From assembly GCA_050575255.1 (NCBI GenBank), contig JBNZDD010013686.1, positions 372,001 through 436,000 on the forward strand: a DNA stretch of 64,000 nt. The letters are read 5' to 3'. The position numbers were made by a program, and so were the translations under genes. The notes under the pieces were generated by a model, which saw nothing but the letters and a program-made list of their open reading frames with translations, made no database searches and had not been told where the DNA came from. Below, piece by piece: positions 1-12,800 of this stretch; position 1 is the first letter of the stretch, and every line of letters begins with the position of its first letter. The DNA is from Harriotta raleighana. Taxonomy: Eukaryota.

Positions 1-4
1 GATA

Positions 5-862
5 ATGGCAGAGCAGCCTCCACTTGAAACTACAGCTCTGATGAATGAAGTTCCACTTCTACCTCATATTGTGAATGGGGACAGTTCACAGCAGGTAAGA
101 GCTAAATTAAAACATTTGATTAATTGATGATCTGTTAATTCAAATCGCAAGAAAGATTGGAGAAGGCCCGCTTGGCCCCATTATGGATGATTTGAGTTTG
201 TGTTGTACTGATTTGTGATATTTTGGCTACATGTTGCATTCTAAATCTATCCAGTGCAATGCCAATTTAGAATGTATTTAATACCGTGGAGAGCTGCTAC
301 ATCTGTGGCATGTGGAGTCGTGTAGCTCAGTGGTTAGATCACTAGCCTTACAATCATGAGACCTGTGTTCGAAACCAGGCAGGGCGAAACATTGGGCAAG
401 TTCCTTACTCCACCCACCAAATAATAATCCCTAAAAAAAAATTGGTCATTTCAATCCACGATTGTTTGTGTGTGGGACACTCCTGTGTGCAATTGACTGC
501 CACATTTCATCCACAAGTATAGAGTCAGTTCACTTTACAGTATATTCTGCGAAGTGCTTTGAGATGTCCAGAAGACGTGAAAAGAGCTACAGTAAAACCT
601 TGTTTATCCGGCCCCCACGGGACCTGGCCAGTGGCGGTTAAACAGTTTTTTTGGTAGAACGGATTGTTCAAAAAACTTTTTTTGAAAAAATTAAAAATTA
701 TTTTAACACATGCCATATTAATAATAGACTAAATAATAACAGAATATTCTATTAGTATATTATTATTTATACTTAACTTCGCAATCACAGCACTGATTCG
801 ACGGAGGTAAAACAAAATGTGACTTTAAAAAGCAACGAGTTTACACCTGACTAACGGCCAAC

Positions 863-893
<31 letters not shown>

Positions 894-3800
894 CAGACCC
901 TCAAAGATATTCAGCCTGAATCCATCATAGAAATTCTGTCCACAACCTTCCCCCCCCCCCCCTTCCTTTTCCTCTCTCTCTCTCTCTCCCTCCCTCTCTC
1001 TCTCAATCAACCTGCCTGCATCACTCTCTCTCTCGCTCCATTATGCTTTCCCCCATCTCTCTCTCTCTTGCTCCCTTTCCCCCATCTCTCATTTCCCCTC
1101 CCTCTCTTTCTCTGTCTCTCCATCTCTCACCCCTCCATCTCTCCATTTCCTCTATTCCCCCTCCCCTCTTCGTTTCCTCCATTCTGTCCCCCCCACCCCG
1201 CTCCCTCCCTCCCCCTCTCTCTGGCCGCTACCTGCAACAGTATTTATTATGTATACAGTACTTAACTTCCCAACGGCAGGCACTCATCCGAACTAGGTAA
1301 AAAAAAAAACGACTTTTAAAAGGAGTAGGAACAAATTTAGTCCCCACATTAAACGCGTCGCCGGATAACTTCCGGTTAATTGAATCGGGACTTTTTTTTT
1401 AGATGGCGGTTGAACGTGTTTTCCGATTATTCGAGTCACGGATAAACAAGGTTTTACTGTATATCAAATGCAAGGATTATTATATTATAATTTATATTCA
1501 TGACTCATGCTGAATCTGCAGGCTTTTGAAGGCTGACTTATTTGTCATGACGACATTAGTAGGAAGCTGTTTCAAATGGAATGATTTGATAGGAAGTGCG
1601 GGGTGTATCATTATTTGCTTCCTTAAACATCACTGAAAATTACTTAGCTAATTGTATATGAATTTTTTTTCATCATTAACAAAATGCGTACATGGAACAG
1701 CATCATTAAGGAAAATTGGGACATGAAGCAACTGTTTTTTTGAATATAAAAAGCAATTTTTCTACATTTCATTAAAGAGTTTAGGAAAAATAAGAGATTT
1801 CATTTTTGTTTCTCATTTTTTTCAGGTTATATTGGTGCAAGTAAATCCTGGGGAGACATTTACAATCAGAACTGAAGATGGTCACATCCAGTGTATTCAG
1901 GGTAAGTATAAGTTAATCACCATTTCCTTTACTGTATAATGTACACATTTTAAAAAAAAGTTAAAATTACATTATTTTAAATGAAAAGTGGACAATATCG
2001 ACATTGTAAAAACTGTGTTTTATGTTGGGTCAAAATTAGCTGAAATTCTGACTAGCTTGAAAGAGAAATCTACGTAATAATTAATTTTTTTATATTGCTT
2101 GGCAGTGTGATATAAAATCTCCTGTAGTGTGAATGTTCCTCAAATCCTTGGATACTTTCCACAATGGTTCCAATATCCTTAATATTTTCTTTGAAACCTA
2201 TTTTTATAGATAACAATACATTAATAATTGAACATTTAAGTTAATTTTGGATCTTTGCAATTCATGAATAATATAATAAATGTATTCATATCTTTGTTTT
2301 CTCCTTTGTATATTGTCTGAACAACATCCAGGCTTGACTATGGAAACTCCTTGATTGTCAGCCTCATCGACTCCTCCCACAACAGGCTGCAGATCATCCA
2401 GAACTCTGCAGTCTGTGTCTTCTCACTCGGACTGGGGCTGCAATAGGCTCTGGTACCATATCACCCTTGCCCGATATCACTCAGAGGATTCAGTTCAAGT
2501 TCCTGGTCTTCACCTTCAAAGCCCTCCAGGGGCTTTGAAGGTGAAGACTTCCTACCTCCCTCTGTGACCTCCTAATCCTCAAACAACCTCTCCCCTTGAC
2601 GGGCTCAGGCCTGGTTCATGTCCCCCGCCTCACCATTGGCAGTGAGCCTTCAGCCATTCTGCCCCCACTCTCTGGAATTCAATCACACAGTCACTCTACC
2701 TCGCCCGATCACTTGCCTCCTTCAAGACCCACTCAAAACTTTCCTCTTTGACAATGCTTTTGATCGGCCTTCTCCCCCTGCCCTCAGGCACTACTATTTG
2801 TCCAGCATCTTGAGACATCCCCTTGACGTAGAAGGCGATATACTAATGTAGTGTTGTTGTTATTGTTATTGAAATATATTGAAGCTGTTAATCCGTTATA
2901 TATTTTGAATGTATTTTACCCCACTCTTCTTGCATCAGATTTAGTATGGCCACTTTAGCTTACTGCTGTAGAATGATTTGTAGACCATTGCCAGTCAATA
3001 GGGTTGAACTAAAGTCTGAAGAAACAGTATTTTAGTATCTCTGATTCAGAATACAATAACATTGCAACAAAGAAATACCCTCACCAATTAATTTCAAACA
3101 TTTGATTTATTGTGCAGTAAGGATTGAATGCTGCTTGTAAAGGTTACTTTTTTTTTAAGTTGCGGTGAATAAAACTGAGTCTGGATCTTTTGCTTTTAAT
3201 GTGTTTGCAGGTCCTGCTCACGTCCCCATGATGTCACCAAATGGCTCCATGCCTCCTATTTATGTGCCTCCTGGTTATATCTCACAGGTACTGTAATTGT
3301 TCTCATTTCAATTGAATACATCTAAAGAAATTACCACCATGTTAATTCTGGTTTGCTGTTTAGGCAAGAAAGAGATATCGTGATTATGGTGGACTAGTTA
3401 ATTAATGGGTAAGACCATGAATGGTTTTGAGATGGCAGGGCTTTGTGGAAAAGTACCCAAGGCTTATATTAGTCTTTTAAGACATCCTCCAGAAACGAAA
3501 GATGCTTTACAAATGTATTTTGTTGTTGCTATAATAGATATTTATTTGTTCGGGGAAATAGTATGTTGTTCATCCGTACTTTTACTTATAAAATGTAAAA
3601 CAAATTAAAAAATCAAGATAACTGAAGCAGTAATTTCCTTCAGACAATGCAGAAATTCTCTTTCAAAAATAGAAATAGTGATTGTTACTGTTAGCCATTA
3701 TTACTCTCAACATCACTAACTATATTCAAACTAGTCATAGATGGTAGATTGGTGCTGTAGCAACCTCCTTCATTCATGTTCTTGAAAATATGGAGGCATT

Positions 3801-6800
3801 CTGTATTGTATGAAGGAGTGAATGAACAAACTTAATTTTATTGAAAATTATTATGGACTTATTAGAAACAGATACTGGATGGAACACTTATTAAAGTGGA
3901 AGGTATTACAATTGAAAGCATTTTCAAGCAACTTGTTTTCATTAGCAATACATACTCGTAAATCGCCGATGAAAGGAATACTTTGAAAAGGGTTTCAAAA
4001 AGCATATTGATTCTTTCTCATTCTTTCATCCCCCAGTTACTGGGGGATGGAATTCCTCCCACTTGGCTCCTGTTAAATCCTGTAAAGCAATGCTTTTATG
4101 AATAAGGAAGTCTTAGCTGAACAAACAGTAGTGGAAACTTGCTAGTGTTCACAATGGTAAGATGCACAATTTTAACTCATTGAGCACCACCAACACCCCA
4201 GTCTAGGCTATCCAGATTAGGTAAACAAGATGACTACCTCCAGGGACAGAATGCACATTTTGTACCAAACTAATGAAAACCACATATATATGGAAAACTC
4301 AGAGGTTGGGATTAGAGACTTTACTTTTCATTGAACTCTTGATGTTTTCTGTGGGATTTTATTTTGGTCTGTTTTGAGATTGCATTCTATTAAACTCCTG
4401 GACAATCTGAATCAATTTCTTATTTTTTTATTTTGTGATGAAGGATTTCTGGATCTTAAGGTGCAGTTATTGTAGGTGTAACTTTATGGTTAAAAAATTT
4501 CAAAAAGTAGTTTGTTTACACATGAAATACAACTGGAGAGACAGCAACAGGATGTGCAAACAGACTTAACATCTATAGAACCTTCAGCCTTGAGGCCGCA
4601 GGTGCTGCCTGACTAGGTTTCTCTCATACAAATTTCGTGTCTGTTTACATAACAAAGAAAAGTTGCCAAGTTAGCTTAGGGTTTTGCATTATTGAAGTTG
4701 GGTAAGCTTGGACTTGTGCTCAACACTCAACATTTTTATTTGAAATGCAGTACTTCAAAAAGGATAGCAAGAACTGCAACCTGGCTCAGTTGATAGGAAC
4801 TACCAAGCTTTGAGACAGGGTTGTGGGTTCACGCATCATATTGGGATTTGAGGCTCCAGGCAGACATTCCAATGCAATGGGGGTGTGCTGCATTGCTTTT
4901 TCTAAAAGAGATGGTAGTTTGCCTACAAATTACAGTCATCATGGTTTATACAGTAAAACCTTGTTTATCTATGACTCGATGAACCGGAAAACCCGTTCAA
5001 CCCGCCACCTAAAAAAAAAGTCCCGATTTGATTAACCGGAAGTTATCCGGCAAATAGTGATGACGCGTTTAATGAATGGAGTGTTGCAAGCGAGTGCAGT
5101 ACTTGGGGTTGGCCACTAGGCGTTTCTAAACTGGTGAGACGCTCAGAGCCCTAGGCAGCAGCCATTTACAGGTGAGAGAAAGGGACACACAGATAGAGTG
5201 ACACACACACTCAGATACAGAGAGGGAGGGAGACACAGAGAGACAGAGACAGACACATAGACAGAGAGAAAGAGGGGGGAGAGAGAGAGAGACACAAACA
5301 GACACACACACAGACAGAGAGAGACACACACCTAGAGAGAGAGAGAAAGAGACACACACACACAGAGGGAGAGAGAGATCACAGAGAGAGAGACAGAGAG
5401 AGAAAAAGTTGTGGTTTTTCTTGGTCGTTTTTATCTGTAATGGAAACTCATGCATAGTGATGCTTGTCTAAGCTATTACAACACAGAAGTTGCTACTTTG
5501 GTCGATTTGACCTAAAATAGGTCGGGTGAGGGCTGCGATTGAAAGGTAAGTAAAAATAAAAGTACTAATACAATATTCTGTTGTTATTTAGTCTATTATT
5601 AATATGGTATGTGTTAATTTTTTTTAATTAATGTTTTTTATAAAAAATCTGTTCAACCGGAAAAACGGTTTAACCGCACTGGCCAGGTCTCGTGGGTGCT
5701 GGATAAACAAGGTTTTACTGTATCCTCCAAAGTGCTTTGAGATGTCCTGATGTAAAAGGTGTCATCAAATAGAAGAATCATTATTATAAAAAAATACAGT
5801 TTGAGGAAAAGTGGGCAATAACTTTTACAAAAGAGATAAGAATTTCTGTTTTACAGGTGATAGAAGATAATGGTGTTCGAAGGGTTGTTGTGTTACCACA
5901 CTCAAGAGAATTTCACCCGGGCAGCCACCCCTCTATGCACCCCCCTCCTCCTCATGTTCCACACTACATGCATCATCATCCTGCTTTAATAGCCCATCCT
6001 CATCCAGTTTACTCACCAGTAACCGGAACAGGGGACATGCCTCCACAATTCATGCCTCAACATACTCCTCCCCCTCACGTTTTTGCAGATCAAGGTAAGT
6101 AGATGCACCAGAAGCAGCAGATTCTGTACGCATTAACATTCCTGTTTAAACAAAACTTCATTTCTAGCATAGTGTAGTCAGTTCTGTTTATTCTCCCTTT
6201 TTGTTGTATGTAAATTTCTTCATCTACAAATCATAGTTCAAGGAAAGTCAAAATAAATAATTTTATTCAACCATCAATGTAGACAACAAAACAAAAATTT
6301 GCACTTTTATAGCCCCTCTCACATCGGGAGGATGTCCCAAAGCGCTGAATACTCTAGAGAGGATGTTGCATTATGGTGAAGAAGAATTGAAAATACTAGA
6401 GATAAAAACATTTTTACATTGTAATGTGAGAATTTTCTATTTAATAGAATAATTCGTTTCAATTGTCTTTTTTTAAATTGGTGCTTTAAAATTGGAATGA
6501 AACCCTTTGCATAGCATTGACCAGCCCTGAATCCGATATCTTTCTTTGTGCAGCCACAAGTCTGCTGCTACTTCATTTCAATAACCCTGCTGAATAAATT
6601 TGGATTGCAATTTGTAAAGCAGAATAAGGAACAGCAATCAGTCGAGGTAGAATAAAACAAATATGGTTACTGAATGGAAGAAATCTGCATCCAAATTATT
6701 TTTTCCTGTTAATTTAAACTGCTTGCTGAGACTGCTGGTGATTGGACAATACAAGAAATGACAGTTTTCACATTCTTGGGGATTTTCTCGGTTCAGCAAT

Positions 6801-9800
6801 CTCACCCATTTTGAGCAGTCAAATTAAGGGACGTATCTTTTAGCTTTGCCACTAGATTGAATGCCTAATGTTTGGAGAAATTAGCATACCATTCTCTTCA
6901 CTGGATCCTTGCCTAGGATCTCTTACTAACGTAGATGAAGAGTGTGAAGATCAGGAACTTTTATGCAAAAATAGGGATATAAACCAAGCATAAATAATGT
7001 ATTGTTTAATGCACTGGTTAATACAGACACAAGGCAAACTGTGTAGGTTTACAAACTTATAGTCAAAATATGAGCTTGTTTCATAATGTCTATCATTTTC
7101 TGTAACCTTTCATCCTACAGATGCTCGTTCAGCACATGGAAGATTGAATTTGAACCACAGAGATGAAAGGACTATTAAAGTACATGAACGTTTGCAAAAA
7201 AGACTTAAAGACCGACAGGTTGGCGGACCGAAAGATAAACCTATTAGTCCTCCCTCTTCTCCACACAAAAGTAATTCGAATTCTCCCACGAACGTTCAAA
7301 ATGGATATGGAAAGGGACAGAATACATGTGTTGTCGCAGGGAATGCTTCAGGGCCAGTGAAACCGAGGCAGTCTGGAAAAGTGAGAAGCAGCGTACAGGA
7401 TGATGCAGAGACTGGGGGTAAGTACTGTAACTGTTTTATTTAAGTTGGTGAATGGAAACTGGCTTTGGTTTATTTAGGCCAGCCCTGTGAGGGAGCTGTA
7501 GTAAAATATGACAATTGTCACACCAAAGTTGCTTTCATACTGTAAATCTATTTGCTTAAAGTTAAGTCTTGAAGCCAGTTTCTAACTGGTCCAGAACCAT
7601 TGTTAAAGATTGACCTGGTATCACCATTAACAGGAATGGTCAAACTTTGATGGCTTCTTTGGACATGACCTCAACAGCTAACAAAATAACTTAATCACCT
7701 GCCCAAAGAAGTTATCTTTCTGAGGTAGCAGAGCAATTGTTGAATCGCAATACAGTTGGTAAAATCTCTGTCAATCAACAGTCAACAACATTTCCATTAT
7801 ACATTATCTAATGTCTTGTACAACAACAATAACAACAAAATTGCACTTGTATAGTTCCTTTCATGTCAAGAGGATGTCTCAAGGAGCTAGACAGTCATTG
7901 TTTCAGATCCCAGCTGGGGTCAGGGACGGGGAGGGTGGAGGGAAAGGGGGTGATTTGCGGTGACCGATGGGACCGTCGAAAAGGAGGATCTTGAGGCAGG
8001 ACTTGAAGGAGGCTAGGGAGGGGGCGAGGCAGAGGGACTGCGGGATGAACTTCCAGACGTTGGCGGCAGAGTGACTGAAGGCTCATACACTAGTGGTAGG
8101 TTGGGTGGGTCGGGGTACGTGGAGCAGGCCAGAGCCTGCTGAGTGGAGGGTGTGGGCAGGTTGGTAGGGGTTTAGGAGGTCGCAGAGGTAGGGTGGGGTG
8201 AGGCCATGGAGGGCTTTGAAGGGGAGGATCAGGATCTTAAATCCTCTGGGTGATGGGGAGCCAACGAAGTCGGGCGAGGATGGGGTAAATGGGGTCAGAA
8301 AGCTTGGAATGGTAGAGGAGATGGGCCATAGAGTTCTGGATTATCTGCAACCTATGGAGGGAGGGATTGACAAACAAGGTGTTGGCATAGTTGAGCCGGG
8401 ATGTGATGAAGGCGTGAATGAGGGTTTCAGCGGCCTGAGGGATGAAGTAGTGATGGATTTAGGCAATATTGCAAAGGTGAGAGAGAGCGGGGTCATGGCT
8501 TGTATGTGGAGGAGGAAAGACAGTTGAGGATTGAACAAGACATCTAGGTTCCTGACTGGCTTGGTGAGGTTGAGTGTGCAATCATTGTATTTGGCAATTG
8601 GAAATATTCTCCCCATTTAGTATTTTTTTAAAAAACAAAATCTCATTTAGAATTTTGAAAGTCATCAATTTTTTTTAAAAAAAAGAAAAGCACTGAGCAG
8701 TGTAGACGTTTAAATAGACTTTGCTCTACAAACCCCTAACTACTCTCAAAAATCAGCTTGAGGAAACTGCACATAAATCTAGAGGTTTAGAATTTCACAG
8801 CTGTTACAAGGGGATTTTTCATTACAAGTCCCTAACTTTACACAATAATGGAATTCCCCCCTCCCCTTCCCCCACCAAATGTATTCAAGCATAGATTTTT
8901 CAGATCAGTAACAACAACTTATTTATTGCTCAACTCAGGCTTAACAAGTATCTGCTATTCACACTAGACATGGATGTTTCTCCTTTTATACTCAAAAATT
9001 AAAACTCCAGCCCTACTCTTGTAAATAGACCTCCTGAAATCATTACTTGAGGATGGAAAAGCTTTAAATAATGGATAAACAATTGTACATATCTGCAATG
9101 ACCTAACCTCCGAAAAGGGTAGCCTTGCTATCTTTGCAATATTTCTTCTGTAGCTTTATAGGCCTCGAGTCTTTCTATGGGCTGTTTATATCACTTTAAA
9201 ACCTTTTATTACCACATATATACCACAGGAAGGACATTAAGGCACTGGAAAGGGTGCAGAGAAGATTCACGAGAATGATACCAGGAATGGGGAACTTTAG
9301 CAATGAGGACAGGCTGGAGAAGTTAGGACTTTTCCCATTAGAGCAGAGAAGGGTACGCGGGGACCTGATAGAGGTCTTCAAGATCATGAAAGGTTTCGAC
9401 AGGCTGGATAGGGAAAAGCTATTTCCACTGGTGTCTGTGACCCATGGGCACAGTCTTAAGATATCTACCAAAAGAAGCAGAGGGGAGGTTAGAAGAAATT
9501 TTTTTACTCAGCGAGTTGTTCGAATTTGGAATGATCTGCCTGAAAGGTAGTGAGGTCCGATTCAAGTCAGCTTTTAAGAGAGAACTAGATAGGTATCTGG
9601 GGAAGACGGGTTTGCAGGGTTATGGGGAGAAAGCTGGTGATTGGGGTTAATAAAAGTGACATTGCTCTGTCAAAGAGCCGGCACAGACTCGATGGGCCGA
9701 ATGGCCTCCTTCTGTGCCGTAACATTCTATAATGCTATGATATCTGCTAGACATGTACTCCTGATGTGAAAGGCGGTCTACAAATGTAATTTTGTTGCTG

Positions 9801-12800
9801 TTGTTGTAGGTGTATTTTACTATTGTTCTCAGGGTGGGGGAGTGTGGAGGATATATTTTTTGTTTAAAGAGTAAGAAGAAAAATCTAAGTGAATTGTGAC
9901 AGCTTTTATGTGGACTCTTTATCTGAATATACATTCTTCTTAACAATTTAGACTGCATTTTGAATGATTTCCCAAGTTACCCTGATGACAGACTTTCAGC
10001 TGGTGAGAATTTTTGGAAATGCTACATTTTTTAAAAGTAGGAGATACAATAAAAGTCCGATAATCGGGCACGGTCAGGATCTAGGCAGTGCCGGATTATC
10101 ATATATTACGGATTATTGGACGATACTCTTAGGGATGGGAGGATTTGAGTGTGCTGTCGCAGCCTACTCCTCCCATCGCTATGCTCTTATCTATGTTACA
10201 TACCTGTATAGTGAAAACCATCCCGGCGGAGTCAGCGCCTAAAGAGGCATTGCACTCGCCGAAAGTTAATTTTAAAAATAATAAAATAAGAACGTGCACT
10301 TATTAAAGTGCGCATACACACTTATTAAATGTGACGTCACTGACGGGCCCCCGAGGAAAATGCACCGAGTAGTGTGAAGGATCTCTGGGAAGAGATGCGC
10401 ATAGAGATGCGCAGATTGCAAAAAAAGGACTGTCGCAGATGCTGGACTATAAGGCTTTCCGGATCAGGTGCCGGATTAAAGGATTTTTACTGTATAAGGA
10501 ATGCCGCAACAAGATTCCACAGCTGATGTATTGGTGTTCTAAGACATCGGATCCTGTATTCCAGTAATCTCTATTTGAAGTTATTGTCTTTATGTAAGGA
10601 TGTATACCTGTTGGACTTTGGCCACAGAGATCATTAACTGGTTCAGTCTTGACAAAATCTCTTAGTTACTTTCACAACTGCAGAATGTAGAACCTACAAC
10701 AGTGCTTGCAAACAAAATAATCAAACTTGGCCTAACATGGATGCAATTGTACGAGCTTGCCTCAAACCATGTCAGCTTTGCTTAGGCCAACAAGATGTGA
10801 GATAGTGTTATTGGAAGGGTTTTGTTTCATGCTGACTACACACACTTTCAGCAGTAAATTGGAAGAGATCCTAAGCAAACTTAAATACAGTAGTCAGGCT
10901 GTAGTATCATCATTAAATAATAATCCTTGCCTATGGTATATCGCATTATCACATATTTGAGGTATCTCAGTGGTTCACAGATTATATTGTAAAGTGGTTT
11001 TACTACTTTAGTCGGCGAAAGTGGCAGCCAGTTGTGCCTAGGAATATCGCCCACACATTGCATTGGCGTGTTAGTTTAGACTGTGCGGTTCCAAGCCTTG
11101 ACGTTGTCGTTGATCTTATCCCTCAACTGGTTAAACAGTACACTTGAGAAAGATGGTTCAGACGGAGAAACAACAACAACAACAAAATTACATTTATAGA
11201 GCGCGTTTCACGTCAGGAGGACGTCCCAAGGCGCTGGACAGATGATTTAAGAAAGGTTCTTTCATTATTGATTGGGTTAGTTCATTCAAAAGGTCAGGTT
11301 AGAACTTGGAGGACAATGAACATAGACACTGTTTTACCAATAGAAAAGGCATGGATCTCTACAGCAGGTCAATCAATGTTTGACAACAAACTGTTGATCA
11401 GCTTTTCCGGCTTATCACTCTTCTATTTTCCACTGCACCTTTCAAAGAACCCGTTGCCACAGACAAATTTCTTTCCTCAGCACGTTGATCTTGAAATGAT
11501 TTCTAAATATGTTTCTCTTGCTTTATTATTTAGCCCCAAACTCAAAATGAGGTGATTGGCTGCAATTTTTCCGATCGTATTTCTAATTAATATTCACTGA
11601 ATTGACCTATTTTTTGTTCAATTTTCAGACTCTGATTTTGAATCAAAGCAGTTACAAGAACTTCTCTCTGGGATTGCTAAACCTATAGTAAGTGTTTTCT
11701 TGTACATTAGTATTTTGTGCTGCTTTCATAATAATAATAATCCTTGCATTTGATATAGCGCTTTTCACATCTTATCGACGTCCCAAAGCGCTTCACAAAA
11801 TATACTGTAAAGTGAATTGACTGTATATTTCTGGGCACAATGCGGCAGCCAATAGTGCACAGCAGCGTCCCACAAACAGTCATGGATTGAAATGACCAAT
11901 TTTATTATTGTTGTATTTTTGGAGGGATTATTATTAGGCATGTGGAGTAAGGAAACTTGCCCAAGGTTTCGCCCTGATCTGCCGGGATTCGAACACAGGT
12001 CTCATGCTTATAAGACAAGTGCTCTAACCACTAAGCCACAGGAGCCCCACATTCATGCAAATGTATCCTGAGTAGTACCATACTGTAACACTTGGATATC
12101 CACTTACAATAGAAATCTCAATAATTACGCACATTGCCCCAAAAGTAAGTGAAATTTAAAAATCACTGACCAATTTTGAGACTGTATATTTTGTTCACAA
12201 TTAATCTAGGAAACTTGCATAATAGTTTGGCTAAATTTGCAAATTGTGTATCGCATTAATAAGTTATGCTTATAATTTCAGATGTCTGATATAAAACCCA
12301 AGTCAGCTGTCTTGTCTTGGAGTATACCATCCATTTCAGTGAGTGATGAAGACAATGCTTATCAAATACCTGCAGGCTGTAATTATGAAGTTTCATTATC
12401 AAACAGTGGGAAAAATGGGAAATTCAAGACTGTTTATATGTAAGTATTTGATTTCTGTGTTTCAGCTCCAATAGCATATATCAACCCTACTGCAGTTAAA
12501 AAGCTTGTAGTTGTATCTTGGAATGGAATTGACAGTCTGCAAAGAATCGAGTTACCACAACACCGCCTCTCAGAGCTTCCTTGATGCTCTTAGCTGAGGA
12601 GTGCTGCGGGTCTGAAGCTTTTACTTTGAAAACATTAGAGTGTTCAAAGCAAGCAGTTTGCCTAAATACTCCAGCTAGGAATAATGATAAAGGACTCCAG
12701 GTCTATTGTGTTGGTTTTTGAAGCTGAGGGCATTCATATTGTGCTGCTAGAGGTGAAATACTTGGATAGCCACAGGACCAATGAGAGCAATTGCATTTGC

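Noticed and set aside
311-385. tRNA genes at SINE heads (also near 11980-12051 and 42322-42395)
   Set aside because: A/B-box-like sequence runs straight into the SINE core and tail, and no complete cloverleaf is seen.
9254-9650. Nested protein-coding genes in FNDC3 introns (also 19050-19597 and 8198-8616)
   Set aside because: They are frameshifted CR1 or L2 ORF2 remnants.
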